In this document: one piece after another, positions 21,260 through 32,483 of the stretch
How the letters are laid out: every line of letters begins with the position of its first letter
How positions within the stretch are numbered: position 1 is the first letter of the stretch
DNA from: an uncultured Verrucomicrobiae bacterium
GTDB lineage: Bacteria; Verrucomicrobiota; Verrucomicrobiia; Chthoniobacterales; JAFAMB01
Direction: 5' to 3'
Assembly: GCA_963813025.1 (NCBI GenBank)
Contig: CAWEXO010000008.1
Coordinates: 288,001 to 352,000, forward strand
Length of the DNA: 64,000 bases
Notes under the pieces: generated by a model
Databases searched by the model: none
Seen by the model: the letters and a program-made list of their open reading frames with translations, nothing else
Told to the model about the DNA's origin: nothing
Program-made: the position numbers and the translations under genes

Positions 21260-22660
21260 ATGAAGACGGATGTACTGATTGCCGGGGGCAGGTCCTGTCG
21301 GACTGACGATGGCCTCAGAACTGGAGCGCTACGGCTTGTCCGTCCGCCTCATCGACAAAAATACCGACCGCACCGACAAATCCAAGGCGCTCGTTCTCTG
21401 GGCGCGTACGCTCGAACTGATGGACCGTATGGGCACGGGCAGCACCCAGCGCTTCATCGATGCCGGCCTTGAAGTCCAGGGGGCTAATATTCTCTCGGGG
21501 CGTGAGGAAATCGCCCGCGTTGAAATGACTCACATCGAGTCACCCTACAATCGCGCTCATGATTCCGCAAAGCGACACGGAACGCCTGCTGGAAGAGCAT
21601 CTTGCGAGGTTCGGCCTAAAGGCTGAGCGCCAAGTGGAATTGAAGCAATTTCAGTCGAGCGCGGATGGAGTGCCATGCACACTCCTCCTTCCCAATGGCC
21701 GTGAAGTAACCGCAGAGGCATCGTGGCTGATCGGCTGTGATGGCGCCCATAGCACGGTACGTCATCAGCTTGGCATGGAATTCCACGGCAGTACGCTTCT
21801 GAGCGATTGGATTCTAGCCGATATTCATCTGAACGGCGTTCTCGGTGCTCCTGCGATTAATATCTTTTGGCATGTGCAGGGAGTGCTTGCCATTTTTCCT
21901 CTTCACGGAACGCGATACCGCGTGATTGGCGATGTTGGAGAATCGTCAGGCTCCATTGGCGAAGGACATCTTCCCACTCCAACGGTGAAGGAAGTTCAGC
22001 GAATTCTCGACGTGCGCGGTCCCGGCGGAATTCGGGCTAGCGCTCCCGTCTGGCTCTCCTCTTTCAGCATCAACGAACGTAAAGTCTCGGACTACCGCTC
22101 AGGTTGCATTTTCCTCGCCGGAGACGCAGCACACGTCCATAGCCCAGCGGGAGGCCAGGGGATGAATACTGGAATGCAGGACGCCTGCAATCTTGCGTGG
22201 GAAACTCGCGCTTGTCTCGCGGGGTATTTGCGCGCCGGAGCCGTTGCTGAGCAGCTACAGCATGGAGCGCAGCGCAATCGCCAAACTGGTTCTCGAGGCA
22301 ACGGGGAAAGCAACGGCAATGGCCGTAATGAAGAGCGGCATCAAGCAGTCGGTCCGTAATCATATAGCTTCGCTAGTTTTTGGACTTGCGCCGGTCACAC
22401 GCGCGATGGCAAACCTCCTTTCGGAGGTGGCCGTTGCATATTCCGACAGTCCGTTGAACGCGCAATCCGCGCATGCGCACGGCGGCACAGAACCCGGCAA
22501 GCGCGCCCCAATCCGCGAGGGTGAGCCGGCGGCGGGTTCGGGTAGCTCGCCGCGCTTTGTGTTGTTTGCAGAAGACACGCCCGCGTCGAGATCGCTGCTT
22601 TCGAAATATCCGAATCTTGTCGAGCCTTCGCCGCGCAAGGAGTTCGCCGAGGGAGGCATA
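21260..22660 (+). pseudogene. FAD-dependent monooxygenase (PheA/TfdB family), frameshifted and truncated
   Basis: GAGPVGL, IGCDGAHS, LAGDAAHVHSPAGGQGMNTG; shifts near 21285, 21555, 22200; ends at an IS256 relic. Confidence 0.85.
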
Positions 22661-22752
22661 TCGATGGCGAAGAAGCAACCCAACAAGCCGCCTAACAGAT
22701 TATTTTAACAAGGATGCGCCCGTCCCCGATACACAACTTTTGACAATATCTC
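22661..22752 (+). mobile_element. IS256-family right end relic
   Basis: Near-exact reverse complement of 40325-40416 (…DGEEATQQAA stop, …gatacacaacttttgacaatatctc). Confidence 0.85.
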
Positions 22753-22975
22753 AAAGCACTGGCGCAAAGCGCTCTACGGCCGTGCTTGTGCAGGAGCCAG
22801 GGTCCCATACGCCATATGGATTAGCAACGTAGCACCCGCTCAAAACCAGCCAGCCCGCTCAAGTGCTCTCCAAGCGATTGACTTCGAACGATCCGTGCCA
22901 CAGCTTGTCCCGGGTTTTCTGAGGCTGGTTAGTTCCCCTTCCTGATCGTCCCAATTGCAGCGAGGGATTCATTTT

Positions 22976-24334
22976 ATGAGCGCAAAGATCCCCGGACTTG
23001 CCGCTGCGAGCTCCGTCGCGAGCCGTCAGGCCAAGATCAAGAACGTGATCCAGGTAGCCAGCGGCAATTTCCTGGAGATGTATGATTTCATTCTCTTCGG
23101 CTATTACGCTGCCGCGATCGGAAACACCTTCTTCCCGAAAGGGGATCCTTTTGCGGTGCTGATGGCCTCGCTCATGGCCTTCGGAGCTGGGTACTTAATG
23201 AGGCCGATCGGTGCGATCGTTCTGGGTGCCTTTATCGATCGGCATGGGCGGAGAACCGGGTTGATTCTTACGCTCGGCTTGATGTCGGTCGGGACGCTTA
23301 CGATCGCCTGTCTCCCCGGGTATGCCGTTATCGGAATCGCCGCTCCCCTGCTCATCGTGCTGAGCCGGTTGATCCAGGGCTTTTCGGCTGGGGTCGAGCT
23401 TGGCGGCGTTTCTGTCTATCTCTCCGAGATTGCGACGCCCGGCAATAAAGGTTTCTACGTGAGCTGGCAATCGGCCAGCCAGCAGGTCGCGGTGATGTTC
23501 ACCGCCGCCTTGGGAGTGGCTCTTAACCTCGCGTTGGGCCGGCCCGTGATGGACAGCTGGGGCTGGCGAATACCCTTCTTGATCGGCTGTTTGATCATCC
23601 CTCTCCTCTTTGTTCTACGCCGCGGCTTGCCCGAGACCGAAGCGTTTCAAGCTCGCAAACATCGCCCATCATGGTCCGTGCTTCTCCGCACGGTGACCCG
23701 CAACTTAGGAACCGTGGTAATCGGAACGATGCTTGTGACAATGACGACCGTCTCTTTTTATTTGATCACGGCCTACACCCCCACCTTTGGCGCGCACGAG
23801 CTTCGCTTGGCGCCTACCGCGGTGCTTCTGGTTACCTTGTGTGTGGGGTTCTCCAACCTGGTCTGGCTGCCAGTGATGGGGGCGGTCTCTGACCGCGTCG
23901 GCCGCTTTCCCGTCTTGGTCGCCTGCACGGTCCTGGCGCTGGTTACCGCTTATCCCCTGATGCAATGGCTGGTGGCCTCGCCTTCATTTGAAAGATTGCT
24001 GGCTGTCCTGCTCTGGCTCTCGTTTCTCTTTGGAAGCTACAACGGTGCCATGGTCGTCGCGTTGACCGAAATCATGCCAGAAGAAGTGCGAACAGCCGGC
24101 TTTTCCCTCGCTTACTCCTTGGCGACCGCGATTTTCGGCGGATTCACCCCAGCCATTTGCGAAGCGTTAATTCACATGACGGGCAATCGCGCCATGCCCG
24201 GCATCTGGCTTTCGGCGGCTGCGCTCATTGGCCTTACCGCCACTCTCCTCAGCCGGTCTCGATTGTCCGTCGGGTATCGTCCTTCGCTCTACCATGCATC
24301 TCCCCCGAGTAGCGCGGGTCCGGCGATCCGGTGA
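22976..24334 (+). CDS. MFS metabolite:H+ symporter, CitA/TcuC-like
   Basis: [35 protein letters not shown]. Confidence 0.88.
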   Translation: MSAKIPGLAAASSVASRQAKIKNVIQVASGNFLEMYDFILFGYYAAAIGNTFFPKGDPFAVLMASLMAFGAGYLMRPIGAIVLGAFIDRHGRRTGLILTLGLMSVGTLTIACLPGYAVIGIAAPLLIVLSRLIQGFSAGVELGGVSVYLSEIATPGNKGFYVSWQSASQQVAVMFTAALGVALNLALGRPVMDSWGWRIPFLIGCLIIPLLFVLRRGLPETEAFQARKHRPSWSVLLRTVTRNLGTVVIGTMLVTMTTVSFYLITAYTPTFGAHELRLAPTAVLLVTLCVGFSNLVWLPVMGAVSDRVGRFPVLVACTVLALVTAYPLMQWLVASPSFERLLAVLLWLSFLFGSYNGAMVVALTEIMPEEVRTAGFSLAYSLATAIFGGFTPAICEALIHMTGNRAMPGIWLSAAALIGLTATLLSRSRLSVGYRPSLYHASPPSSAGPAIR

Positions 24335-24347
24335 GATGGACCGTCAA

Positions 24348-24548
24348 TCAGTGCAGGATGAGCGGCGGGCGAGCCTTCTCGCTGGCCCGGACCTCGCGCG
24401 ATCCCACCGAGGAGGCGCATCGCTTGCACAAGTAATCGTAGATTTCCCGATCAGGTAGAATCAACAGCAGCTTCTCGTACACTGGTTGCGCCGACTGGCA
24501 TTTGGAACAGTATAACGAAGAAGCGCGAAAGTTTTCGAACTGTCTCAT
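24348..24548 (-). CDS. small zinc-ribbon protein
   Basis: MRQFENFRASSLYCSKC..YDYLCKRC, two CxxC. Confidence 0.6.
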   Translation of the reverse strand: MRQFENFRASSLYCSKCQSAQPVYEKLLLILPDREIYDYLCKRCASSVGSREVRASEKARPPLILH

Positions 24549-24644
24549 AGAACGGCAACGACTTTCACTCTTGGACAGGAATCCGCCTGCGTCAACCGGC
24601 GAAGGCTCATTAGCCCGTATCGTCTCGGATCCTATTAAAACTTT

Positions 24645-24790
24645 ACCAAGGATTCGGGGTAGTTGAAAAGGGTTGCTTCCATTGAAGGCGTGGATGTTGG
24701 TGCCGCACACGCCTAGGCGGTGAACGCACACTTCGCATCCTCGGGTTGGATCGCCACAAGAGGCTCTTCTGTTGCCCTCGTAGCCAGTTT
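24645..24790 (-). pseudogene. zinc-binding alcohol dehydrogenase N-terminal relic
   Basis: VHRLGVCGTNIHAF..PRILG. Confidence 0.55.
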
Positions 24791-25144
24791 GCCCAGAGGA
24801 CCTTGCGCTTGTCGCTGCGCTTCGGCCGGGAGGACTAGCTCCGATCAGTTCTTTTCAGAACCGTCAACCTAGCCCGCCGCGAACACAGATGTTTACAAAG
24901 GAGCGTGTTCTATGCCAACCGAACAGTATCTGAGGCAGGATCAGCTCGCCGAGACCTCGAAGAAAACTCGCGTTCCGAACACCGATCAATAAATTGATTT
25001 GAGAGCAGACGGCGCGAGGTATCATTAGCGATTTTGATCCAGTCTTCCCTCGTGCGCGGGCTGATCTCGTAGTCCGCCAGTCAGACGACGGCGGCTGGCC
25101 CGCGCCATAGTATTCCGGCACCTGAGATTAAAATCGCTCCAAAC

Positions 25145-25471
25145 CTACTTGACCGAAGAAAAGGCGGTCGGTTCAAGGAAGGAGTTGCTGATCGAGGCGA
25201 CGATCGGGCCCTCGCGCTCGCTCTCTGCTCGCTTCTCGATCCATTCAGGATCGGTGGCGAAGACGTTCCATTTCCTCTCGCGATCGGCGAGCGATTCCCA
25301 TTGCAGCATGTAATAGAGCTCACTGTTCGATTCGCCGATCAGCACCGTCCAGAATCCGGCCTGCCGGATGCCCAGCCGTTCCCAGATGCGCAAGGTCGTC
25401 GTTTCAAAACGCTTCAAAAGCGCCGGCATGCGACCCGGCAAGCAGCGGTAGATACGCAGTTCGTATATCAC
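25145..25471 (-). CDS. NIPSNAP family protein
   Basis: MIYELRIY..PG..LYYMLQWESLADRE..LEPTAFS. Confidence 0.9.
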   Translation of the reverse strand: MIYELRIYRCLPGRMPALLKRFETTTLRIWERLGIRQAGFWTVLIGESNSELYYMLQWESLADRERKWNVFATDPEWIEKRAESEREGPIVASISNSFLEPTAFSSVK

Positions 25472-25633
25472 ACGACCCCTTATTCACCGACCCTCCCGTA
25501 CTGCTCCTGTCCTTGTCAATATCACAGGATCAAAAGCAGCATTCCGCCCATGGCAATCTCTGAAGCCAACCTCGGCATGCCAGCAAAGAACCCCAATCCC
25601 CCGCAAAAAGTTCCTTTGCCCCCTCCCACACGA

Positions 25634-26032
25634 TCAGCTTTTTGCGAGCGATTCAGGCTCATGATTAACAGTAACGGGCTGACCAACGCGCAGGAGCCCC
25701 GAGCTTTGCTCGCAGCAAAAATTCATCCCGAAAATCACCCCGCCTTCCGTTGATGAGCGGTAGCGGGAAGTGTTCGCAGCGGTTCGGGGCTGCGCCGCAA
25801 ACTGATCTGATCTGTAGTCGTAATCACGCAGCGCACGCATGGACCGCCATGCCGGAAGGTGAGTTTCTCGATCTGAAAAGCCGTCCACGTGTCCTCTTCG
25901 TAGGCCGCCTGGCACCATAAACCGCCGATCGTTCCGAAGACCCCGCGCTTGTATCTCGGCTTCCTCCAGGCTGATACCGGCGCACGATTTTACAGGATAA
26001 ATACAGATCTGCGAAATGCGGGGCGGGATCAT
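25634..26032 (-). pseudogene. MOSC-domain protein with large internal deletion
   Basis: IYPVKSCAG..DRRFM N-terminus and FGMN..GLLRVGQ C-terminus only. Confidence 0.7.
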
Positions 26033-26066
26033 GGTCGATAAAAGCGGCGCTATGGGTCAAGATTCG

Positions 26067-26516
26067 TCAAGTATGCGCCTGACTCCAAAGGATAAGCCAA
26101 GCAATCAGGAATACTAATGGCAGAAGAAGCGGAGAGGCGATTCCTAACCAGCGAGTGAGCTGGCTTCCTTGGATCTCCGGGAAGCCTTTGACCGAAGAGA
26201 CATGAGTCGCGTAAGCGCGACGGAGGCGATAAAGCGCACGAACTCCTGCGATCACGCTGCAGTAAATCAGGATGTCAGAAATACATGCAACCGCTGGAAT
26301 AATATTGAAGAGGAGGTCCTGTTGTTTTGCCAATAAGGGATTGCGAGCCTGTGGCGCGGCGTTGGCGATGATCGCATACCCGGTGAAAAAGAACGATTGT
26401 GCCGCCATCAGCCAGGACAGTCGCTGCACGATCAGAATGTCCTCATGTTGGATCTGATCCCGGATAGTGTGGTACCAATCCGCCGGGCCAAACAGATTAG
26501 CCGAGGGTTCGCTCAT
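26067..26516 (-). CDS. hypothetical 3-TM membrane protein
   Basis: HEDILIVQRLSWLMAAQSFF followed by hydrophobic segments. Confidence 0.6.
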   Translation of the reverse strand: MSEPSANLFGPADWYHTIRDQIQHEDILIVQRLSWLMAAQSFFFTGYAIIANAAPQARNPLLAKQQDLLFNIIPAVACISDILIYCSVIAGVRALYRLRRAYATHVSSVKGFPEIQGSQLTRWLGIASPLLLPLVFLIAWLILWSQAHT

Positions 26517-26619
26517 TGGCCTTCACGTAGTTATTCTGTTTTCGAATTGCCAAATTGGACAGTTCCATTCGCCTCAACAAAATGCTTGATTCAAACGGTT
26601 CTGAGCCAGAAAAAGTAGC

Positions 26620-27483
26620 GTGCGGAACATCTGTTGGATGTTGCTGTTCATAAGTCTGAGCGGGCAAGTGCTCGCGGAGGACGATGTGCTGGAGCGCGCA
26701 CTTCGTGCCATTGAACGAACTGACCAGACGCTTGCTCGCGCCCGAGAGCTTCACGCACGGAGACGGCGTGCGCAGGGAGTAGCGGCGGTCCGGCCGCTAG
26801 GGGCACCGCCAAGTGGCGCGGCCACTGCCGGCCAGCAAATACCGTTGCCCGATGAGACTGGCGGACCAAAGCCGCCTCCCCCGCCCAGCATCACGGTCAC
26901 CCAGTTGCGACCGGAAGACATCCAGGATTTGTCACAGACCAGTCCTCCCGAGCGTGACCTCATCCAAAAAGCTTTGGCATTGACCAAGCGCCATCTTGGA
27001 CCAGCGCACAATTCCGATAATCCGGACAGTGGCGGTCTCGATCCGGGCGGGTTTGTCCAGTATCTGCTGAAATCGCGGGGCATCGCCGACGCACCGCATG
27101 ATCCTGCCCAGATCTATCTGTGGGCGAGGCAGAACGGAAATTTCCATGCTGTCCTCAGCCGGAGCCCGGCCTCCCCCGAATTGAAAGATCTCGCACCGGG
27201 AGATCTACTGTTCTGGTCAACCGTCGACGCATGGAATCAGGAAATTCCGATAACCCAAGTGAGCCTTTACGTTGGCAAAGAACGCAGCGACGGCAAACCG
27301 GTGATGGTCGGAGTGAGCCAGGGGCTGCTCTATCATAACGCACCGATGACGGGCTTGAGCGTCCTCGATGTTCAGCAGAACGCCGCCGATCCTGCGGAGG
27401 ACTACCTCCTGCCTCGCCTCGTCGGGTATAGCGAGATTCCCGGCTTGAACGAGAAACCAGATAATGCGCCCCCGCCGCAGTAG
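26620..27483 (+). CDS. secreted NlpC/P60-fold protein lacking catalytic Cys/His
   Basis: Signal peptide, Pro-rich linker, GGLDPGGFVQY, LAPGDLLFW, ITQVSLYVG. Confidence 0.7.
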   Translation: MRNICWMLLFISLSGQVLAEDDVLERALRAIERTDQTLARARELHARRRRAQGVAAVRPLGAPPSGAATAGQQIPLPDETGGPKPPPPPSITVTQLRPEDIQDLSQTSPPERDLIQKALALTKRHLGPAHNSDNPDSGGLDPGGFVQYLLKSRGIADAPHDPAQIYLWARQNGNFHAVLSRSPASPELKDLAPGDLLFWSTVDAWNQEIPITQVSLYVGKERSDGKPVMVGVSQGLLYHNAPMTGLSVLDVQQNAADPAEDYLLPRLVGYSEIPGLNEKPDNAPPPQ

Positions 27484-27606
27484 GTGTCGCTGTTAGTGCC
27501 AGTGGCAGTGCTAGTGCTGCCAGTTGTCATCGGTAATCGGCGATCGGCGGCAGCTACCGCCGTCCGAAGAATTTGTGGCATTCCCTTCCTGTGCCATCTT
27601 GCTCCC

Positions 27607-28194
27607 ATGATTCCCGGAAGCGAGAAACGCAAAGCCGAATACCCGATCGATCAACTGTTTCTTGATCGCTGGTCGCCACGGGCGATGTCGGGCGAACGCA
27701 TCACTGAGGAGGAACTCTTCACCTTATTCGAGGCGGCTCGCTGGGCGCCTTCTTCTTATAACGGCCAACCGTGGCGCCTGCTATACGCACGGCGCGAAAC
27801 CGAACAGTGGCCGTTGTTCTTTGATCTCTTGGTGGATTTCAACAAGACCTGGGTGAGAAATGCGGCGGTATTGATTCTTTTCGTTTCAAAGAAGACTTTT
27901 GAGCATAATGGCGAACCGGCGATCACCCATTCGTTCGATACCGGTGCGGCCTGGGAGAATCTCGCGCTTCAAGGGAGCCACAGTGGATTAGCCGTTCACG
28001 GCATGCAGGGGTTCGACTACGAAAAAGCCCGATCTGTTCTCCAGATCCCGGATGATTTTTCGGTTGAGGCGATGGCGGCGGTTGGCCGGCCGGGTCGCGT
28101 CGACGATCTGCCGGAGCAGATCCGCCAGAGAGAAGCCCCGAGCGACCGCCGACCTTTGGCGCAGACGATTACGGAAGGCCATTTTCGCGCGTAG
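27607..28194 (+). CDS. nitroreductase family protein
   Basis: RWSPRAM, ARWAPSSYNGQPW, FDTGAA, HGMQGF. Confidence 0.92.
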   Translation: MIPGSEKRKAEYPIDQLFLDRWSPRAMSGERITEEELFTLFEAARWAPSSYNGQPWRLLYARRETEQWPLFFDLLVDFNKTWVRNAAVLILFVSKKTFEHNGEPAITHSFDTGAAWENLALQGSHSGLAVHGMQGFDYEKARSVLQIPDDFSVEAMAAVGRPGRVDDLPEQIRQREAPSDRRPLAQTITEGHFRA

Positions 28195-28254
28195 CGGCGT
28201 CCGAGTCACTGGAACTGGCACCGGCACTCGATCTGTGGCATGTGAAACCTTCAG

Positions 28255-28845
28255 ATGCTTTCCAGCGCGCAATCTCTCGAACTCATCGGGATTTTCTTTC
28301 TGCCTTTTGTGCAAGAAGACTCGGCCAGCGTGACAGCAGCGCTTCTCGGGACGAATGGCACTTTTTTCGCCTGGCAAACCTTGACCGCATGCGCGCTTGG
28401 GATGTGGACAAGCGACTTTATCGTTTACCTGTTAGGCCGGTTTGGCGGACGAAACCTTTTCCGATTGCGTTGGATCCGAATGATCGTTTCGCCGCGACAG
28501 GTTGAGCGAACGTCCACCTGGTTCGAGTCTTTCGGCTGGCCGACACTCGTCTTTAGCCGATTGGTGCCAGGATCGCGGACTGCTCTTCTTTTCACTTCGG
28601 GACTGCTTCATTATCCAGCCAAAAAATTTCTCCTGGTCAGTCTTTGTGCGGCTCTTGGCTGGTTGATTGTTGTCTTTGCGCTATTCGCTCATCTTGGTCT
28701 CGGCGCGACTGCTATCCTTGGGTTGCGCTGGATCCTGTCTGCCGTGCTTCTCGTGGCCGGCGGTGCCGCGGGTATCTCCTTGCTCGCGCGGAGGTGGAAA
28801 AAAGGCAAACCTGCCCGGGATGTTCCCGCGCTGCCGGAGCGTTAA
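28255..28845 (+). CDS. DedA/VTT family membrane protein
   Basis: FVQED..SDFIVYLLGR..FSRLVPGSR. Confidence 0.8.
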   Translation: MLSSAQSLELIGIFFLPFVQEDSASVTAALLGTNGTFFAWQTLTACALGMWTSDFIVYLLGRFGGRNLFRLRWIRMIVSPRQVERTSTWFESFGWPTLVFSRLVPGSRTALLFTSGLLHYPAKKFLLVSLCAALGWLIVVFALFAHLGLGATAILGLRWILSAVLLVAGGAAGISLLARRWKKGKPARDVPALPER

Positions 28846-28851
28846 GAACGC

Positions 28852-29603
28852 GTGGTGTTTTTCCTTCTCCCCGCCGCGTTTTTTGCGGGTGTGGTCGACG
28901 CGAGCATTGGCGGCGGCGGACTGATCCTCGTTCCCGCCTTGTTTGCGGCGTTTCCGGCATCACCCCATCCATTGTTGTTAGGCACGAACAAGCTCGCGTC
29001 GGCTTGTGGAACCGGCAACGCCTTTCTGACTTACTCGCGTCGTGTCCAACTTCCCTGCGACTGGTCGCCAGTGTTGCCCTGCTCGCCGGATTATTCGCTA
29101 TCCTCGGAGCGGAAACAGCGCGCTTGATCTCGCCGCGAGTCTTTCGACCTCTGCTGCCTTGCGTGCTTCTGGCAGTCCTCGTCTACACCTTTCGTCGGAA
29201 GGATCTCGGAGCATTTCACACCTTTCGCTCGGACGAAAAGCAGCCGGCGGCTAAGGCGCTCCTCCTCGGCGCCTGCATCGGATTCTATGATGGAATGATC
29301 GGACCAGGCACAGGAACCTTTCTGATTCTATTATTTGTCCGGCTCCTCGGTTTTGACTTTCTGCACAGTTCCGCAGCGGCCAAACTAGTGAATCTATCGA
29401 CGAACCTGGGAGCCCTGTTGCTGTTTGCCGCAACCGGCAATGTCTGGTGGCCAATTGGTTTAGCCATGGGACTAGCGAACATGCTGGGTGCACTGGTTGG
29501 AGCGCGTCTCGTTATCCTGCATGGGAACCGGCTGATCCGCCGGATTTTTCTCGCGGTGGTGATCGTGCTGTTGGGAAAGACCACGCTGGACAACTTCTAT
29601 TGA
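28852..29603 (+). CDS. TauE/SafE (TSUP) exporter, frameshift near 29070
   Basis: AGVVDASIGGGGLI..GTNK then GFYDGMIGPGTG..AKLVN. Confidence 0.85.
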
Positions 29604-29809
29604 ACGGCTTGAGCCTCGGTACGGGCAAGCTCCTTCTTGACCTTCCTAGTGTTGAATCACGCCTCGATCCGGACGAGCGGGAGCTCATCCCTACCATCTT
29701 GACGCCATTCCAAGGCAGTTCCTCTTTCGCTATAATTATGAGCACCTCCCGCTGCGCAAGCGTTTTCCAACCTCGGCGGATCTTGCCTCCGATGAGACGT
29801 GACCCGCCC

Positions 29810-30970
29810 CTAAGCTTCAAATAGCGGGACGCTGGAAACCTGCGGAGCCATTTTTTGCAGGCTTTGGATTCGGGCAAGCGATGCCTCGACCTCACCGCGA
29901 TTGAGCAAGCCGGTGACGGTGACTAAGGCACGGTAGGTCGATTCCGGAGCGAGGATAGGGACTCGCCGCGCACTGCGTTCAATGGGTTTCGGATAAGGAA
30001 AGCTGGTAGCCGGCTCCAGACCAGTTACGTAACCAGTTTTTCGCGCTGCCTCATTTTTCCAGAGAGTTAAACAAGGCAGTTGTCGCGTATTGTAGGCGAC
30101 GGTTACACCCCGGTCGGACTCTGGCGAAATAAGGGCCGCCTCTGTCCACCCTTGTTCGTCGGCAAATGCTTTGATCAAATGAACTTGTTCGGTGTACCCG
30201 GCAAGCTGCGGACCGGCGTACCGGTTCCAATTGGCCATCCCCCCTTCCACGGCGCGGCGATCCCGAGGCGCTACGGATTCCACTGGCGCATGAAACTGGG
30301 CGCCGGCGCCAAGCAGCGGCGGCCCGAAGTTGATATGGTAAAGCGTTTGCATCTCCTGGGGGATATCGGCCAGGTTGACTATCTGATCGTCCAAAGTCAC
30401 CGCCGCGGAGCCGATTTCGGTGACGATGTTCGTTATGAGCCTGAGCTGAGGACCGAACATGATGGTTTCGTCGACGACCCCGCGGAGGATAACCCGCGGG
30501 CGAGGAGCCGCCTCAAAACGGAATTCCAGGTAACTAGCCGGAAGGTAGTTGAGCCGGCCATGCAGGGTCAGTGGTTTGCCATCGTCGAGGCAGGGTGCCC
30601 CGATCGACTCAAGGCCGCAACGCGATACCCACTCGCCGTAACCATTCAGCCACCCAAGTCCGCCTGCTTCGGTCAAATTCACATATTTCGGATGAACGAT
30701 CTCACGCACTGGCGATTCCCAACCGAGCCGGAGATCCCCGATCCGCCCTGACCAAAGCTGGCAACCACGGGAAGGAACCACCGTAAACTTCAGAGCGCCA
30801 TTATCGATCTCTACTATCTCGACGCCATCTTGACGGCCGCCTCTGAGTTTTGTCTTGGAAACCTTCCAAACGATTGCGCCGGTATATTCTTTTACCTCAT
30901 CGGAGACGAGCTCCCATGAATCGAGGTCAATGCCTGCGCTTGAGTCAATCAGTACGGTGGACATGGGCAT
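29810..30970 (-). CDS. aldose 1-epimerase-like protein (DUF4432)
   Basis: LRGGRQDGV, LGWESPV, LTLHG, LYHINFG, YVTGLEP. Confidence 0.85.
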   Translation of the reverse strand: MPMSTVLIDSSAGIDLDSWELVSDEVKEYTGAIVWKVSKTKLRGGRQDGVEIVEIDNGALKFTVVPSRGCQLWSGRIGDLRLGWESPVREIVHPKYVNLTEAGGLGWLNGYGEWVSRCGLESIGAPCLDDGKPLTLHGRLNYLPASYLEFRFEAAPRPRVILRGVVDETIMFGPQLRLITNIVTEIGSAAVTLDDQIVNLADIPQEMQTLYHINFGPPLLGAGAQFHAPVESVAPRDRRAVEGGMANWNRYAGPQLAGYTEQVHLIKAFADEQGWTEAALISPESDRGVTVAYNTRQLPCLTLWKNEAARKTGYVTGLEPATSFPYPKPIERSARRVPILAPESTYRALVTVTGLLNRGEVEASLARIQSLQKMAPQVSSVPLFEA

Positions 30971-31085
30971 TTCAGAGGATAGCCAGGTCTGGAAATCGCT
31001 TCGAATGATATTTCATCCGACCGACGAAAGATGTTATCCTGGTTGGTAAACGTTCCTATCCGAGGCTATTTTTTTGAGGTAACCC

Positions 31086-31469
31086 GTGCGCGTAAAGCCG
31101 GAGAGTGTTTTCAGCCGTCGCTTCGTGAATCCGCACTACTATTCTGCCTGGGCCTCCTATCGAACTCTGCGACGTCTCGTGTTCACGCTGTTCGCCGCCG
31201 CGATCGTGCAGGTCAAACTTTTTGCGCTTCTGCCGGCAATCCTTTTTCCGCTTGCGTTTTTCGCCTATTTTCTCAGTGCGTTATGGCTGGCCAATTGGCG
31301 GTGTCCTCGCTGTCGGCAACCATTTTTCCGGGGCGCGTTTCTGCGCAGCCTCTTTGGAGGACGTTGTTTCCACTGCGCTTTGCCAAAATGGGCAGTGACC
31401 CGATCGGGAAACATTGTCTTTCGACCGCGTTTTCCGCTTGGCTGGACCGCCGAGACAGAGTTGGATTGA
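31086..31469 (+). CDS. hypothetical membrane protein with zinc ribbon
   Basis: Two TM then CPRC..CFHC. Confidence 0.5.
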   Translation: MRVKPESVFSRRFVNPHYYSAWASYRTLRRLVFTLFAAAIVQVKLFALLPAILFPLAFFAYFLSALWLANWRCPRCRQPFFRGAFLRSLFGGRCFHCALPKWAVTRSGNIVFRPRFPLGWTAETELD

Positions 31470-31593
31470 CTTGCACAAAACTAACCTGTAGCGAGGCCGC
31501 TCCTCTGATCGACGAATTTAGTGGAAAAAAGGCAGCCGGACGTCTGGCCTAAGCTTGTTTGGCGGCCTCGCTGTTGGCTAACACGATTCTACG

Positions 31594-31896
31594 ATGAAAT
31601 TTTTTTGCCTGTTGGTGATATCCCTTTTGGCAGTTACGTTTGCGGCCGAGGCTGACCATCCACTCTATGTGCCAGGCCCGTACCCACCTTCGGATCCGCC
31701 CATGTCGGCCAGCCGGGCGCGGAGCGAGTACAATTCCTCAGACGAAACGCACTCGAGATCACAGCAAACGCGGTATTATCGGAAGAGCAGCAACCGAACC
31801 CGCACCGGAAAGCACCCGCAAAAACGGCGAGGATTTTTCAGTTGGTTTGCGCCGCATAAGACAAAGCACCGATCAACTGGACGACATCATCGATAG
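31594..31896 (+). CDS. hypothetical secreted basic protein
   Basis: Signal peptide MKFFCLLVISLLAVTFAAEA. Confidence 0.55.
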   Translation: MKFFCLLVISLLAVTFAAEADHPLYVPGPYPPSDPPMSASRARSEYNSSDETHSRSQQTRYYRKSSNRTRTGKHPQKRRGFFSWFAPHKTKHRSTGRHHR

Positions 31897-32076
31897 ATTC
31901 CGGCCATTCAAACCGCGACCGGCGAACGACCATTGCTTACTCCGGCCGGCAACGGAATCGAACGTAGCGCCGACGGCCTCGTCGGTATCTTGCACGCGCG
32001 CGAGGCCGTGCGCTTTACCTCAGCGCCGCGAGCCCCTTCAGAGTACTGACGAGGCCGTCGGCGCTACGACTCACTT

Positions 32077-32461
32077 TGTCCCTCGGCGCGGCAACCTGCG
32101 GAGCAGAACGTTAGGCCGCCTGACGCTAAGTCTCGCGTTCGCTTTTTCTCTTGCCAGCTGTTTTTGGAAATCGAATCGGGTTACCGAGGCGCCTCCCGTA
32201 TTCCCAGCGGTTCCAGCAGCGCAAGTCCAGATCGTCAACCGCCTGCCACCCGGCCGCTTTGAGAGCCTCGGTTTTTTGACGGTCCAGCAGGACCGTAGGA
32301 AGCCCCCAAGCAGCGCTCTCTCAATCATCCGTGAGCTCGCAGCAGCAAAAGGCGCGACCGCCGCCGTCTTTATTTCCTCCGGTTGGCGGAGTTTTCGGAA
32401 CGGCAGTAACCAACGGATTCAAGACCAGATTTTTACTTATTTGGCCATTCACGAGTACTAA
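32077..32461 (+). CDS. hypothetical lipoprotein (start uncertain)
   Basis: Lipobox SLASC; FESLG..IRELAAAKGATAAVF resembles heavy-metal-binding/YbjQ-like fold. Confidence 0.5.
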
Positions 32462-32483
32462 CGCGACATCCCGCTGGCGCTGT

